From the NCBI GenBank assembly GCA_036630325.1, contig CP142733.1, positions 1-64,000 on the forward strand: DNA of 64,000 nucleotides, in the 5' to 3' direction. Both the position numbers and the translations under genes were made by a program. Within the stretch, counting starts at the first letter, position 1; every line of letters starts with the position of its first letter. Source of the stretch: Vairimorpha necatrix (lineage: Eukaryota). The notes under the pieces are model-generated. The model saw nothing but the letters and a program-made list of their open reading frames with translations, was not told where the DNA came from and did not search any database. Positions 26,016 to 38,148 of the stretch are shown here, in pieces.

Positions 26016-27508
26016 TTGAAAAGTATCCGGAAGTTTTTAAAGAATCAGAAGAAAAGATAAAATATCTCACAGGAGAGAAGTGTCCAATAAATACTAAGCA
26101 AGGTGAAAAGGTTGTGAAAAGAGGGCAGAATGTGCCATACTACCTTAGGGTGAAATTTGAGGAGTACTTGAATAAGTTGGAAAATAGAGGGGTTATAAGA
26201 CGTTCCAAAAGTGAGTGGAGGAGTCCAATAAGAGCACTTGAAAAACCAAATGGGGACGTAAGATTGGTAAGCAATTTGATGGCGTTAAACGATTTGGTTG
26301 ACAAGGACCCGTACTCACTACCGTTAATTAAGGATATTATGAGAGCCACACAGGGGTCAAAAGTATTTACGGTTATCGACTTAAAAGAAGGGTTTTATCA
26401 TATTGAGATTGAGGAGCACCATAAGCACAAAACAGCATTTGAAGTGAATGGTCGAGTATACGAATGGAATAGTATGGTTATGGGGTTTAAGAATTCGCCT
26501 CATATAATGCAGAGAGTAATGAACAGAGTTTTAGATGAATTCAGAGGTAAAGGCGTGGAAGTATATATGGATGATATAGTTATTCATGGTAAAGACGTAA
26601 GAGTGCATGACGAGTTACTAGAGAGGGTAATTAAAAAGTTTAAAGAGTGTGGGTTGAGAATAAACCAAACAAAGATACAATACAAAAAAGATGAGGTGAT
26701 GTTGCTGGGAGTAACAATTAATGGGGAGGTCATGGGACCGAATGAGATTAAAAAGCAGGAGACATTGGAATATAGAAAACCTGAGAATGTTAGAGAGTTA
26801 AGAAGATTTTTAGGACTAACTGGTTGGTTTAGAGACTTTATTCTTAACTATGCGTATAGAACAGTAAGGCTTACTGAGGCTTTAAAGAAAGATGTCAAGT
26901 GGAATTGGACGGAGGATATGGAAAGAGCTTTTGAGGATATGAAGCAAGGCTTGAGAGATATGAAAAAGTTGAAGATTCCGGACGGAAAAAAGCCATTTAG
27001 AGTAAGAACTGATGCGTGTGATACGGGGATCGGAGCAATTCTATTACAAGAAAATAAAGAGGGTGAGTGGATTCTTATACAATGGGCATCGAAAATGTTG
27101 ACTCCTACCGAGCGAAGATATACGATAAGTGAGAAGGAGATGTTGGCGGTATTTTTTAGAATAAAGAAGTTTGAAAGTGATTTGAGAGGAAGGAAATTTC
27201 ATTTGATGACGGATCATAAAGCATTAGCAGAGATCAGAAATAAGCCATACTTCAATAATAACAGAATAAACAGATGGGTAGAACAGATACAAGAGTTTGA
27301 CTTTACAATAGAGTATGTGAAAGGGGAGTTGATGACAGATGCAGATGCGTTAAGTAGGCAGTATGATCAGGTAGAAGTTTCGGATGAACAAAAAGAAAAG
27401 GACAACAAGAGAAAAGAAGTGATCGAGAAACAAATTTTGGGAAAAAGCAGAAACATATTAAAGAAAAGGACGGTAAACAGTATTGGGAATTTTCCACAGG
27501 TGAGGTGA
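26003..27508 (+). CDS. pol: Pol: reverse transcriptase + RNase H (frame open from ~26003; listed ORF starts 26114)
   Basis: RT motifs IDLKEGFYH, MGFKNSP and YMDD. RNase H motifs TDACDTGIGA, SEKEMLA, TDHKAL and ADALSR. Confidence 0.96.
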   Translation, partial: VRKLIEKYPEVFKESEEKIKYLTGEKCPINTKQGEKVVKRGQNVPYYLRVKFEEYLNKLENRGVIRRSKSEWRSPIRALEKPNGDVRLVSNLMALNDLVDKDPYSLPLIKDIMRATQGSKVFTVIDLKEGFYHIEIEEHHKHKTAFEVNGRVYEWNSMVMGFKNSPHIMQRVMNRVLDEFRGKGVEVYMDDIVIHGKDVRVHDELLERVIKKFKECGLRINQTKIQYKKDEVMLLGVTINGEVMGPNEIKKQETLEYRKPENVRELRRFLGLTGWFRDFILNYAYRTVRLTEALKKDVKWNWTEDMERAFEDMKQGLRDMKKLKIPDGKKPFRVRTDACDTGIGAILLQENKEGEWILIQWASKMLTPTERRYTISEKEMLAVFFRIKKFESDLRGRKFHLMTDHKALAEIRNKPYFNNNRINRWVEQIQEFDFTIEYVKGELMTDADALSRQYDQVEVSDEQKEKDNKRKEVIEKQILGKSRNILKKRTVNSIGNFPQVR

Positions 27509-28485
27509 AAGAGATATTGAGCCTAGATAGTAGAGAACATGAAATAACAAGAGTACATGAGGAGTTAAACCATAGAGGTGTCAAAGGCACTTATTATAAC
27601 ATTAAACAAAGATGGTATTGGCCTGGTATGAAAGATCATATTAATAAGGTAATTAAGAATTGTGAAATATGTGGGATTAACAATAGGAAAAACACAGGAG
27701 GATGTGATTTCGTAGTAACTAGAAAGAAATTGGAGAAAGTGGCGTTGGATTTAATGGACATAGGTGGAGAGAATAGGTATGTGTTACTGGGTATTGATTA
27801 CTTTACTAGAAGGTTGTGGGGTTCGAATTTGAGATGTAAAGAGAGTAGTGAAGTTATAGAGGTATTACAAAAGTGGATAAGGGAAGATGGATTTCCAGAG
27901 GAATATGTGACAGACAACGGAAAAGAGTTTGTAAGTAATAGATTTAAAGAATGGTGTAGTATTAATGATATTAAACATAGGAAAGTGGGCTTAGAAGCTC
28001 ATAGGAGTAATGGTAGAATCGAGAGATGCATCAGAACTATAAGAGAGACATTGATAAAGCAAAATGATGAGAATATTTCTGAAAAGATAGAAAGAGCAAT
28101 CAAAGGATATAATAATACACTACATACAGCAATAAAATGTACGCCGATGGAAGCGTGGAGAGATCAAACTGCTGAAGTTATAATTGAAAATGATGAAAAT
28201 GGAAAATATGCTGGTCGGTTCAAGAGAAGACACAGAGAGACATTTACAGTAGGCCAAGAGGTAAGAATCGCTAGGAGAGAAAATTTAGGTACACGTGCGA
28301 AAACAGACAAGGGAAGATTCACGGGTCGCGGAAGGATCGTAGCTATAAGTGAAAATGATTCATATATTGTGAGGCTACTGGATGGTAAAATTGTTAAAAA
28401 GAGGCATTATGATTTGAAAGAGATAAGGAAGAGTTGTTTAGAAGATGGAGAGACTACCCGTCTGGAGGGGGGATGTATGGTTTAG
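27505..28485 (+). CDS. Integrase (HHCC zinc finger, DDE core, GPY/F-like tail), -1 frame from RT-RNaseH
   Basis: HEELNHRG...CEIC, ALDLMD, TDNGKEF and SNGRIERC. The stop codon lies inside the 3' LTR. Confidence 0.95.
   Translation: MKEILSLDSREHEITRVHEELNHRGVKGTYYNIKQRWYWPGMKDHINKVIKNCEICGINNRKNTGGCDFVVTRKKLEKVALDLMDIGGENRYVLLGIDYFTRRLWGSNLRCKESSEVIEVLQKWIREDGFPEEYVTDNGKEFVSNRFKEWCSINDIKHRKVGLEAHRSNGRIERCIRTIRETLIKQNDENISEKIERAIKGYNNTLHTAIKCTPMEAWRDQTAEVIIENDENGKYAGRFKRRHRETFTVGQEVRIARRENLGTRAKTDKGRFTGRGRIVAISENDSYIVRLLDGKIVKKRHYDLKEIRKSCLEDGETTRLEGGCMV
28464..28473 (+). promoter_or_regulatory. Polypurine tract (PPT)
   Basis: GGAGGGGGGA immediately 5' of the 3' LTR. Confidence 0.9.
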
Positions 28486-28511
28486 AACCCTTAATAAATA
28501 AATGGTTAACA
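28474..28511 (+). repeat. 3' LTR of G1 (38 bp)
   Basis: TGTATGGTTTAGAACCCTTAATAAATAAATGGTTAACA. Confidence 0.95.
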
Positions 28512-29725
28512 TTTTATATAACACAAAAATGTTAGTATTGATATTATATTATATTTTTATTCAAATGTATATATGTCTTCTTTATTATACTCTATAAACT
28601 ATCTTATTTAAATTTTTAATATATCATTTTTATTTAATCATAATATATTTAAAATATTTTTTTTCAAATATTTTCCTTAAATAAAGATAATTTTAAATAT
28701 TCAAAAAGATTAGTTTCATTAAATATAATAGACAAGATTATAATGAATCTAGCATCGATAAAAAATATTTGAATTCTACAAGGCTTGATCTGATGATTTA
28801 TCCTTCATTTAGTATTTATTGTATTATAATCCGTTGTTATAATTATCTTTATCTCTCAAAAAAGCAAAATTTATTACCGAAAACAAAATTGCTACACACC
28901 TTTTTTACATGGCCAACATGTATTTTCTAAATATATTTTTATTTATACTAAACTTTAGATTTTTACTGATATATATAAAATAATCATTCTTATTTATTTA
29001 TAGAATTTTATATCGTATATACGTTTTTATGATATATTTTTTTTATTAAACTCATTTAATTATTTATTATAATAGAATGATAGTCTTTAATTTGGTATTT
29101 TTATAATGTTCTAATTATTAAATAACTTTACATTTGAAATATTTTGTTCTACTTTGACCTTAATTATAACTGTAAACAGTTTATATGATAATTCAGAATT
29201 TATTTATTACTAAAATATTATTTAAACTTGAATGTTAACTAATAAAGACTTTCAAAGCTGATATAGAAGCTTTGTCATCATGCTATTACAATGTGGTTTT
29301 TCGAGAAAAATATACTATCAGTATCATTTAGTGTATGCACAAACTTTCAAATTTTATTATATGCTAAATTTCTTATCTGATAAATTTCGCTTTTCGATTG
29401 TTATAAAATTTTCGTAAATGTTAATGATCCTTCATTAGATAATATTTCTAGACACACTCTTCTTTTGTCATAATATTACTCTCTTCCTAATTTTATTTTT
29501 TCATGTAAGATAAGAGAGAACCATTACATAGAATTTTGTTAACAATAAATTTGTTCTCATAAGTTTAGTGTAGGTAGTTTATTGATAAATACCGATTTGA
29601 ATTCTCATACAAACTACAGAAAGTACATATTGTAAATTTTTTTCGTTTCAGAACATATATTTTATCTATCTTTGAATTACATCGTCAAGATTCACTGCTG
29701 ATAAGAAACTAAGATTTAAATAATT

Positions 29726-32700
29726 CTAAATTGCAAAACCATGTACATAATTTACTAACACAAATAACACTTATCATTACATGAATCTTTTACGCGACTA
29801 TTAACATTACTAAAATTTGATCCTGCTTTCTACGAACTTCTTCGACCACCAGTTATTCGAATTTTTTCAAATGAAGATTTAGAATCGTATAAAAGAAAAG
29901 AAGATGCTCCTAGATAAATTCTTCTAGTCGTTAATAACCATTAACAAATTCCATTAAACACTGCATCAGTAATGTTTTTTTAAAAACTGGCCTCTTTCTG
30001 AAAACACGATCGATGTAAACATCAATTTTATTTCTAGTTGTAAGTGAAATTGTTCATTAATAGTAAAGTTCTATTTTTATATTTTTTTGAGCTCATTGTA
30101 CCATAAAATTTTTTAAAGATTTCCAAAATAAACTTTGTCGTGCTGGGAACAAAAAAGTAAATCTTAATAGTCATTATGGAAAAGGCTTAGTTACAATAGT
30201 TTTTTCTAGCGACGTTAATCTTAAAGATAAAGGACTGGATATTCATTTTATATCGCATGGATATTTCAACATTTCTACATATTCAGTGGCAACTACGAAA
30301 AAATAAAATTTTAAAATAGTTATTAAAACTACTTTATATAATATTACTCATAATTTTTATAAAAAAATCTTCTCTAATTTACATAAGGAACATTCTTTCT
30401 CAGTTTATTAATACTCTATATGTAAATTTTCCTTAAATTACCTCATTGATTATAAAATTGTATCAAAAACGGTTTGTCATTTTAGTTTTGAACATAATAT
30501 TTTTTTTATACACACTATATTTATTGCTGATGCAAGTTTTATATTCAAATTTATTAACTTAAAAATTTTTACATACATATTTTTATGTATAAAGTCCAAG
30601 TTATTTTTGATTTTTAAAGAGTGTGTTGAATTTGCATCATTTTGATCTTTATATTATATTTTATTGTCTATACGTTTCTTGTCATTTTCAAATAATAATT
30701 GAAAAATATAAATACTTCAAATTATTATATTTTATATAATTTATTTTTTAAGTAAGAATTTATCTTATTTTTGATTTTACACAAACATTGAATCATGCGG
30801 CTTTACTTAAAAATCACTTTTATAACAAGTTGATTATATTAATTCGACATGAATTGTACGTATTAAGTGTATTTCATCTAGGTTTCATAAGGTAACTTCA
30901 ATATTTACTTAAGGTCTAGATTTTATTTACAACTGATATTTATTAAAAGAATACATCTTTATTAAAGAATCAGTAATACTTTAATAACACGAAATTCTTA
31001 ACGATTATCAAATGTGTAACCTTATGTTTTGTTATACGATAGAGGATTAGGTTCAGATTTACGGAACAAACAAATAACAATTACAGTATTGCTATTTTAA
31101 TAATGATATATGTGTTCCTTGTTCTTTATACGAGGAATGTAAGCTATTGATTCATCTAAAATAAATATTGAAATGTTTTTCAAAGAAATTGTTTCTTTTA
31201 TTTTGTAAATATTAATTTCTCGCATATATATATTTTCCCACTTAATATTATAAATGGCTTGAACATATTATCCAATTGTTTTTGTAAGAAACGACATTTT
31301 GATAATCTTTCATCTAGGGATTTGTTTTTCTACCAAAAAAAATTAGTGTACGGAATTATGTTTTAGAAATTAAAAATAAAGACAAAACGAGTTAATTTGT
31401 TTTCTGAATACTTTATTTTTTCTCAAATTATTTTAATGTAGCTTATCATGTGAATATAATGTCGTTTTCTTTTTTATCGAACATAAATAAAATATGTGCA
31501 TTTTTTTAAAAATTTAATTTACAACCAAATTAATCCCAGGAAGGTTCATTAAAATTTATGTCTGCATATATAAAATCCATGGTATAATATCTAATGTGAA
31601 CAATAAATTTGGTTTAGTGTACAGTTTTATAACTATTTTTAGATCTGAAATCATTTTATTTGTTTTCTTTTCTATTGTATATATCGTCCTCTTCTCTATT
31701 TGAATTTTTTATGATTTAGATAGTCTAATTATTTGCGCACAGAAAATATATCTATTAGGGGTGTAATTCAAAAATATAATACTTCAATTGTTTTTTAGAT
31801 ATGTTATATTTAAATGATCATTCACCCCATCTTAAGGAAAATATTTTCATCTCTGGAATATTTAAAAAATATAGTATTCCAAAATGAATTTTTTCCATTG
31901 TTAAGATTATATAATTTCACAATAAAATGTTAACGTAATGAAATCTAAACATATCAAATATTAAATTGCAGAATTATATTACTCTATTGTATATATGTTG
32001 TAAAAAATGATTTTATTTATAATCAAAATCACAAATAATTATAATCTCGTGTTTCCCACTTTATATTTCCTTTATTTTTCAACTTTTGTTCAGTTTACTA
32101 TCTTTAATAACTGATTATTTCTCTTCTATTTTTGGTTTTGTAAGTCAAAATTACTATATCAGTCCTATAGAATATTGTTAATAGTATATTCACACTGACT
32201 TTTTATCTTAAAGGATAAATGAAACGTGAATTAATCTTTTAATTTGTCTCTAATTTTGTTTTTGGGTTTAACTATTATCTTGCCAAAGAGAACAATGATT
32301 TGATTGTTTACAATACTTAATTTTCATCGATTGGGTTCTTTAATATAATTTGTTTACTCTTTTTTCATATGAAATGTTTTTTCTTTATTAATTAATCGAT
32401 ATTATAATAACTCAGAAACAAACATAATTTCTTATTATATATCATTAAAAACGTTATTGTTTAATATGTTAAGTCTGTACGAATAAAAGATATTATGTAA
32501 TTGATTCTGGGGTATTTCATTCTTTTATACATAGATACATCTGATTGTTGCAATTAACATGAACTTATAAATATGAATTTTATTTCTTAGTATATTTATG
32601 TATTTTTATATTAAGCACTTGCCTTGTTTATTATATCTACACATAACTTAGTAAAAATTTATAAATTTTGTTGGCATTTTGAATTTCTAGTATCATTTAA

Positions 32701-35473
32701 TTTTTATTTTTTTTTATATATAGACTTCGAGGTTGATTTACGCCCTAAAGAAGGAATATTGTTGTTTTCTTTAATGAGTTCATTTTTTCTGCGCTTTTCG
32801 ATCCTTAATGTTTAATTTTTCTTAGTCTTTCACTAAAAGTGTCTTGTTTAAGTAAAATGCTAATGACTAATTGGAGATATTTAAAACACAAGAAATATTT
32901 GTTATATAAATCTTTATATGTCAACATTACAGATATATACCTGCTTATTTTGCCATCTAAAGTCAATGATTTCTTCAGTCTATCGATGTGCCAGTCAACA
33001 ATGGCTAATACTCAGGGCAGGTCACTTCTCAGTATGCAAATGACTCGTCACAAATAGTTTAACAATTCTGTAGTATTGATATAGAATCTGTTCGGAATAC
33101 AAATTTCTTAAATTATCTAAGCTCGGTATATGAATAAATATCTCCAAAACAATGTATTTAACAGTGTTTGTTGAATAAACGATTAAACTAATTTTTTATG
33201 TTTCTCTAGTATATATCTTAACTATACTTTGTTTGCAAGCGACAGATAGAATTAGAATTAAAATTATTTAATCGCAAAGAATATTAAGGCTACATTCGAA
33301 GTTTTGCACTTACAATACTGTTTATTCTGAATTTTAATGATGGATTATTTTCGTCTTGTCGATATTATTATCTCTTGCTAAATATATATACATATACAAG
33401 TGCATCTCTTCTTAATAATTAGTTGATCGTTTAAAATGTCAAGAATAATTACTTTTAATCATTCATGATATAAGAAATTGTTTGGAATATATTATTTTGG
33501 GGTGATTAATTTCCTCAGTTAATTATCATGATTTTCTTCTCTTTCTTTTTACATTTTAATTATACTTGTCATCTTTGAAAAATCTAAAATTTAAATTTCT
33601 AAAATTCAAAAATATGACATTTTAGACTAATTATTTTTTCATGATTTTCTTTTCAGTCTTATTGTATATATGTATATAAAATTTTCCTTATTTTAAAAAG
33701 GAAAATTTCAAAACTCTAAAATTAGAAATTATTGCAAGTTAGACAAATATTTTTTCATGATTTTTATCAACTTCTTATTTTTTATAAATGTGTATAAATT
33801 CTTTTCATCAATGAAAAAAAGAAATCAAAATTATGTCATTTTAGATAATTTATTTTTTCATGATTTTATTTTTATTCTTGGTGTTTGAATATATATACTT
33901 GTCATCCTTGAAAAATTAAAAATTTGGAAGTTCAAAAAACAAAATTTTGATTTATAGCCTTTATTTACTTTAAAATTTTGTATTCTTTGTAAGTAGGGAA
34001 AATCAGGAGTATTATACATGAACTCAAAAGAAATTGAGTTAACAATCCAATTGATATAGGGTATTTCTACTCACTTAACTATTACCGAATACTTGCGCTT
34101 CACTTTCTCCGACGTATCCATTTAGATTTGATGAGAATATTTTTATATACAAGCCTCTAATCGCATCATTAATTCGATAAATATATTAATATGAAGATTT
34201 TAAAACCTCTGTATAGATTTATCGTATTAATATAATGTCTATATAAAAATAAATCATCTAGATACCAGATGGCTTCTTCTCTTACACAGAACACTAAAAG
34301 CAAACTTATTAAACTTCTTTGTAACTAATGAAATAATTGAACAGATCTCCATCTTATACTATATCTTGTTTGTATAAAAACAAACTTCATAGATTTCTAC
34401 ATCAAGAGTGCCATAATTGGCTTTTAGATCCCTATAGAATAAATAGCTATGATATTTGAAACACAGAAGGACAAATTATATGTATTAAAATTCGAATTGT
34501 AAATATATTTCAGAAATTACTAATCAATTCATTTCAAGAATTACTTTCATAATATTTGTTTAGTCTATCAATTTTGAAATATTATATTTAGTGACGTCTG
34601 TATGCCCAACATCATCTATTTCTACACAGCGAATATAAATTTAAATTTATTCCCACCAAGAATCGAACTTTGGACCTTGATATCCCAAATCAAGGTGGAA
34701 CCATTCTGCCAAGCACACTTATTTAAAATTTTGTTATCCTTTGAGAAAACCAATTATATTTTTAACTTTCTTTTATTTTTGTTTTCTTTCTATGCATAAA
34801 AAAACATTTCATATTAGTCAGATTGAAAGATCATTAATCTGAATGAATCAAAGAATAGAACAATTTACAATGTTAGTTTTATGCTTTCTTATATAAAATA
34901 AAATTATATAAGATTTTCTTTGATCCGAATATACCTTTCTAATATATATATACATGTTATACTAAAAAAAAATATACATTTTATACGGCAAAAAAAACAA
35001 GTATATATCCTATATTATATACAAAATACTTTCATATATGATCGCAAATTTTAAGATTTACTTGCATCGTATTTCAATTTCTCTATTATATCTGGCAATT
35101 TTGTTATTCTATTTTCCATACCCTCTAAAGTAAATGTTTTTAAATAAATTTTGCAACAAATCAAAACTGTCATTTGTAAGAATATGTTTAATATGTATTT
35201 TATCTGCTACAACTATATATAAACTACATTCTTTAAATAATTTAGACTACAAAATAATAAAAACATATTTATGTGATTTAACTAATATTCTTTATTGAGA
35301 TTTTGTTTTTCTTAGATACTGTGATGTACATTACTACAACACATGGACAGATGTCAAAAATACGTCAACCGTTTCGGATGGCATGTCAAGTTGGGTCACA
35401 CAATCAAACGAAAGTTGCATGGTCGTTACTACATTCGTAAGTACCTCAATGTTTGTGTTTAGTGTTGACAACA
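29726..35473 (+). repeat. Segmental duplication, copy 2 (true left boundary may lie further upstream)
   Basis: Colinear with 1-5749. Confidence 0.95.
34651..34718 (-). pseudogene. tRNA-derived Pol III element, copy 2
   Basis: Minus strand has A box TGGCAGAATGG, hairpin CCTTGAT-TTGGGAT-ATCAAGG and B box GTTCGATTC. There is no acceptor stem. Confidence 0.65.
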
Positions 35474-35881
35474 ATTAAAAATTAAAAATAAACTATAAAA
35501 GAAAGTCTGTCTGTGAAGGGTATGGAATATATGGAGTACGAGAGAACCAAAGAAACCATCAATAAATATAATATTATTAAAAAATATTTAGAAGAATAGA
35601 TTAAAAATAGCCATGTACCCCAGATACATGACACATTGTAATTATCTAATAGTATCAGTTTGATTTGTATCAAATTCAAAATGTCTATATGTAAGGTTCT
35701 CTTGCTTCTTACTCCCTAAAAAAAAATTTCTCTATTACAAAAATAAAAATAAAAAAAGGATTCTATGCCCAAACATAATGACTTTAAATGCAATTTTTTA
35801 TTGTAATTATAATACTTAAGCAAAAATTTTACATTTGTGAACATGTAATGATTAAGAATGTTAAAAAAGATTTATAATAAT

Positions 35882-38148
35882 TGTCGCGAGCCCAACTAAT
35901 TACCCGATCCGGGCTGGTTACCAGATTATTTTTTTGTATTTTATAATTTTTATTTATGATCTATATTTTCATAATTTATGCCCAGTTTCCGTTAGTTTTA
36001 TCACGTGAAACATTTTTAATTTTTTACTAAATTTTTTACCCGTATGACATTCGAACCAAAAAATATGCCGAAGTCAAAGACGCAATAGTAACCACAAAGC
36101 CAAATAACTTAAACATAAAAAAATTAGTATATTCAAACAAATTTTAACTTTTTTGGAAAATATTTTTTTTATCCCCTCGATGAAAGGAATCAAAACTAAG
36201 AAGAGTATGATCTTTGGTAAAAATCCTCCAAGGAGATGATTTACTACAATCATCGACTACAATTACGGTATAGGCTGAGATAAAGAGCCGAAAAGTATTG
36301 TCTTTCAGATAATATTCTCTTTCTAAGAGATATTTCTGGCTTACATAAAAGGGTAGTTGTAGAGAGTAAGGTACAGTCAATTAAATTGGAAATACAAACT
36401 CTACATAGTAAGTATCCTTATTGACTCAATCGTTTATATGAGTAGTGTCAGAAAATTTTACTTCACTATCACAAGAAGTCTTGTGCGTGAGGTTTGCAAA
36501 GAGTGCAATGTTTGTTCACAGGCACAACCTCTAAAAACAAAGGAAACCTACAAGCATATATTAGCTAAAAGGCCCTTTGAGAGAATTATTATCGACCTGG
36601 TAGACATGAAGGTTTATGCTAACCAAAACGAAGAAAATAGTTGGTTACTAGAAGCTATAAATGTGTATTCTAAGTATGCATTTACTTCTGTGATGAAACT
36701 AAAACTACTTCGGAAGTTTTATTACATTTAAAATTTAATTTCAATCGGTACGAGCTTCCTAGTGAACTTCAGTGTGATAATGGTAAAGAATTTAAAATTC
36801 ACTTTTATCTGAATTCTGCGATCAGAATGAAATTTTACAATTCATGGCAGACCCAGGCATCCTCAGAGTCAAGGTCAAGTTGAGAGATTAAATCAAACAA
36901 TTTTATGATACTTACAAAAACACCTCTATCAGAATTTGGTCCAAATAATAAAAACTGGGTCTTATTTAATGACACAGTTAATATCAATACAACGTCGCAG
37001 TACATTCTGCAACAAAAAAATCTCCATTTGAATTATTTTATGAAAGGAAGAGAAATTATACTTGTAAAAGCAGTGTTAACGATGAGAAAATCAAAATAGA
37101 GACTTGGATTTTGACTTTGGGCGAGAAAATAGATCTATGGCAGACGAAAAATATCCCTTAAGAATGGACAAAAAATGCGTTCATCGTTCTATCAATAATT
37201 TTGTTATAGGAGATAAAGTAATATTAAAAAAAGATTTTGATGCTAATTCCAAAACAAATAAGTTAAAATTAAGCTCGTTTTATTCTGAACCAGGAGAAGT
37301 AATAGAAATTTTGTCTTATAATAGGTTAAAGGTTAAGTTTAAAGATTCTGAAGAAATTGTGTCTATGAATTTGGTAAAAAAATTTAAAATAATATTTTAG
37401 CTTTGTTAAATTAAGTTATTATTCTTCATAATTTAACTTTAAAATTTAAACTAGATTTTTTTTTCAATACTTATCATATTTCTATTCCAGCGTTAATATA
37501 ATTCATCATAAAAAATATATGAGTCATTAGTATATCGAATTATGTATAAACAGCTGATAATATTAATAGATTGTCCAATTTTCATTGTACAATTAATTTA
37601 ATTACAGAAATCTAGATTTATAATCTTTGTTTACGATGCTCAAGACCAATCATTGATATTCACTAACTCATTGTGTAAATTATATTTTTAACTTTTCCAC
37701 AATTACAAACTATTCTAAAATAAAATTGAGAATATAATTCGACGTGTAAACCGTTTATATTAATTTAAATATAGTTTTGTTAGTAAAATATTAGTATTTA
37801 AATTTATAACAAACAACTTTTATAATTGAAAATATTTGTATAATTCAAAATGCGTATTATAATAAAAATTATACTGATAAAAATATTAATTGAAATTTTG
37901 TAAGTTTTTTAAATTTCAAAATACTAAATAGAAGATAAAAATTAGATAATTAAAGTAGTGAAAATTCTTAAGAAAAATGTCTTTATTTTTTTTCGAATAT
38001 TTTTTATGATTAAATTAAAATATTGAGTGTAATTGAAATATGTTTTATGCTAAACACGCTAAACAACTCCCCCAGAGCATTTTAAATACCTTTGTAAGGT
38101 TTCTATTAAGAAAAATTCTTTTTTTGGTAACCAGCTGGGCTCGTGACA
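35882..38148 (+). mobile_element. Ginger/TDD-like DNA transposon (integrase-type transposase, decayed)
   Basis: ~23-bp imperfect TIRs TGTCGCGAGCCCAACTAATTACC and GGTAACCAGCTGGGCTCGTGACA, with TGT...ACA ends and 5-bp TSD ATAAT (35877-81, 38149-53). Confidence 0.88.
36044..37400 (+). pseudogene. Integrase-like (KRBA2/SCAND3-type) transposase, frameshifted
   Basis: Fragments VCKECNVC, RPFERIIIDLVDM, LQCDNGKEF, HGRPRHPQSQGQVERLNQT and FVIGDKVIL lie in different frames. CCC precedes the ATG at 36044. Confidence 0.85.

Larger units (their letters stand above)
25448..28511 (+). mobile_element. Near-intact compact Ty3/Gypsy LTR retrotransposon (element G1, 3064 bp)
   Basis: 38-bp TG...CA LTRs (37/38 identical), perfect 5-bp TSD TTTTA (25443-47, 28512-16), PBS, PPT, and gag-RT-RNaseH-IN order. 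Confidence 0.97.

Noticed and set aside
25731-27590. Antisense or overlapping ORFs inside G1, and similar ones at 39918, 61466, 61754, 62750
   Set aside because: Shadow or alternate frames of real coding sequence.
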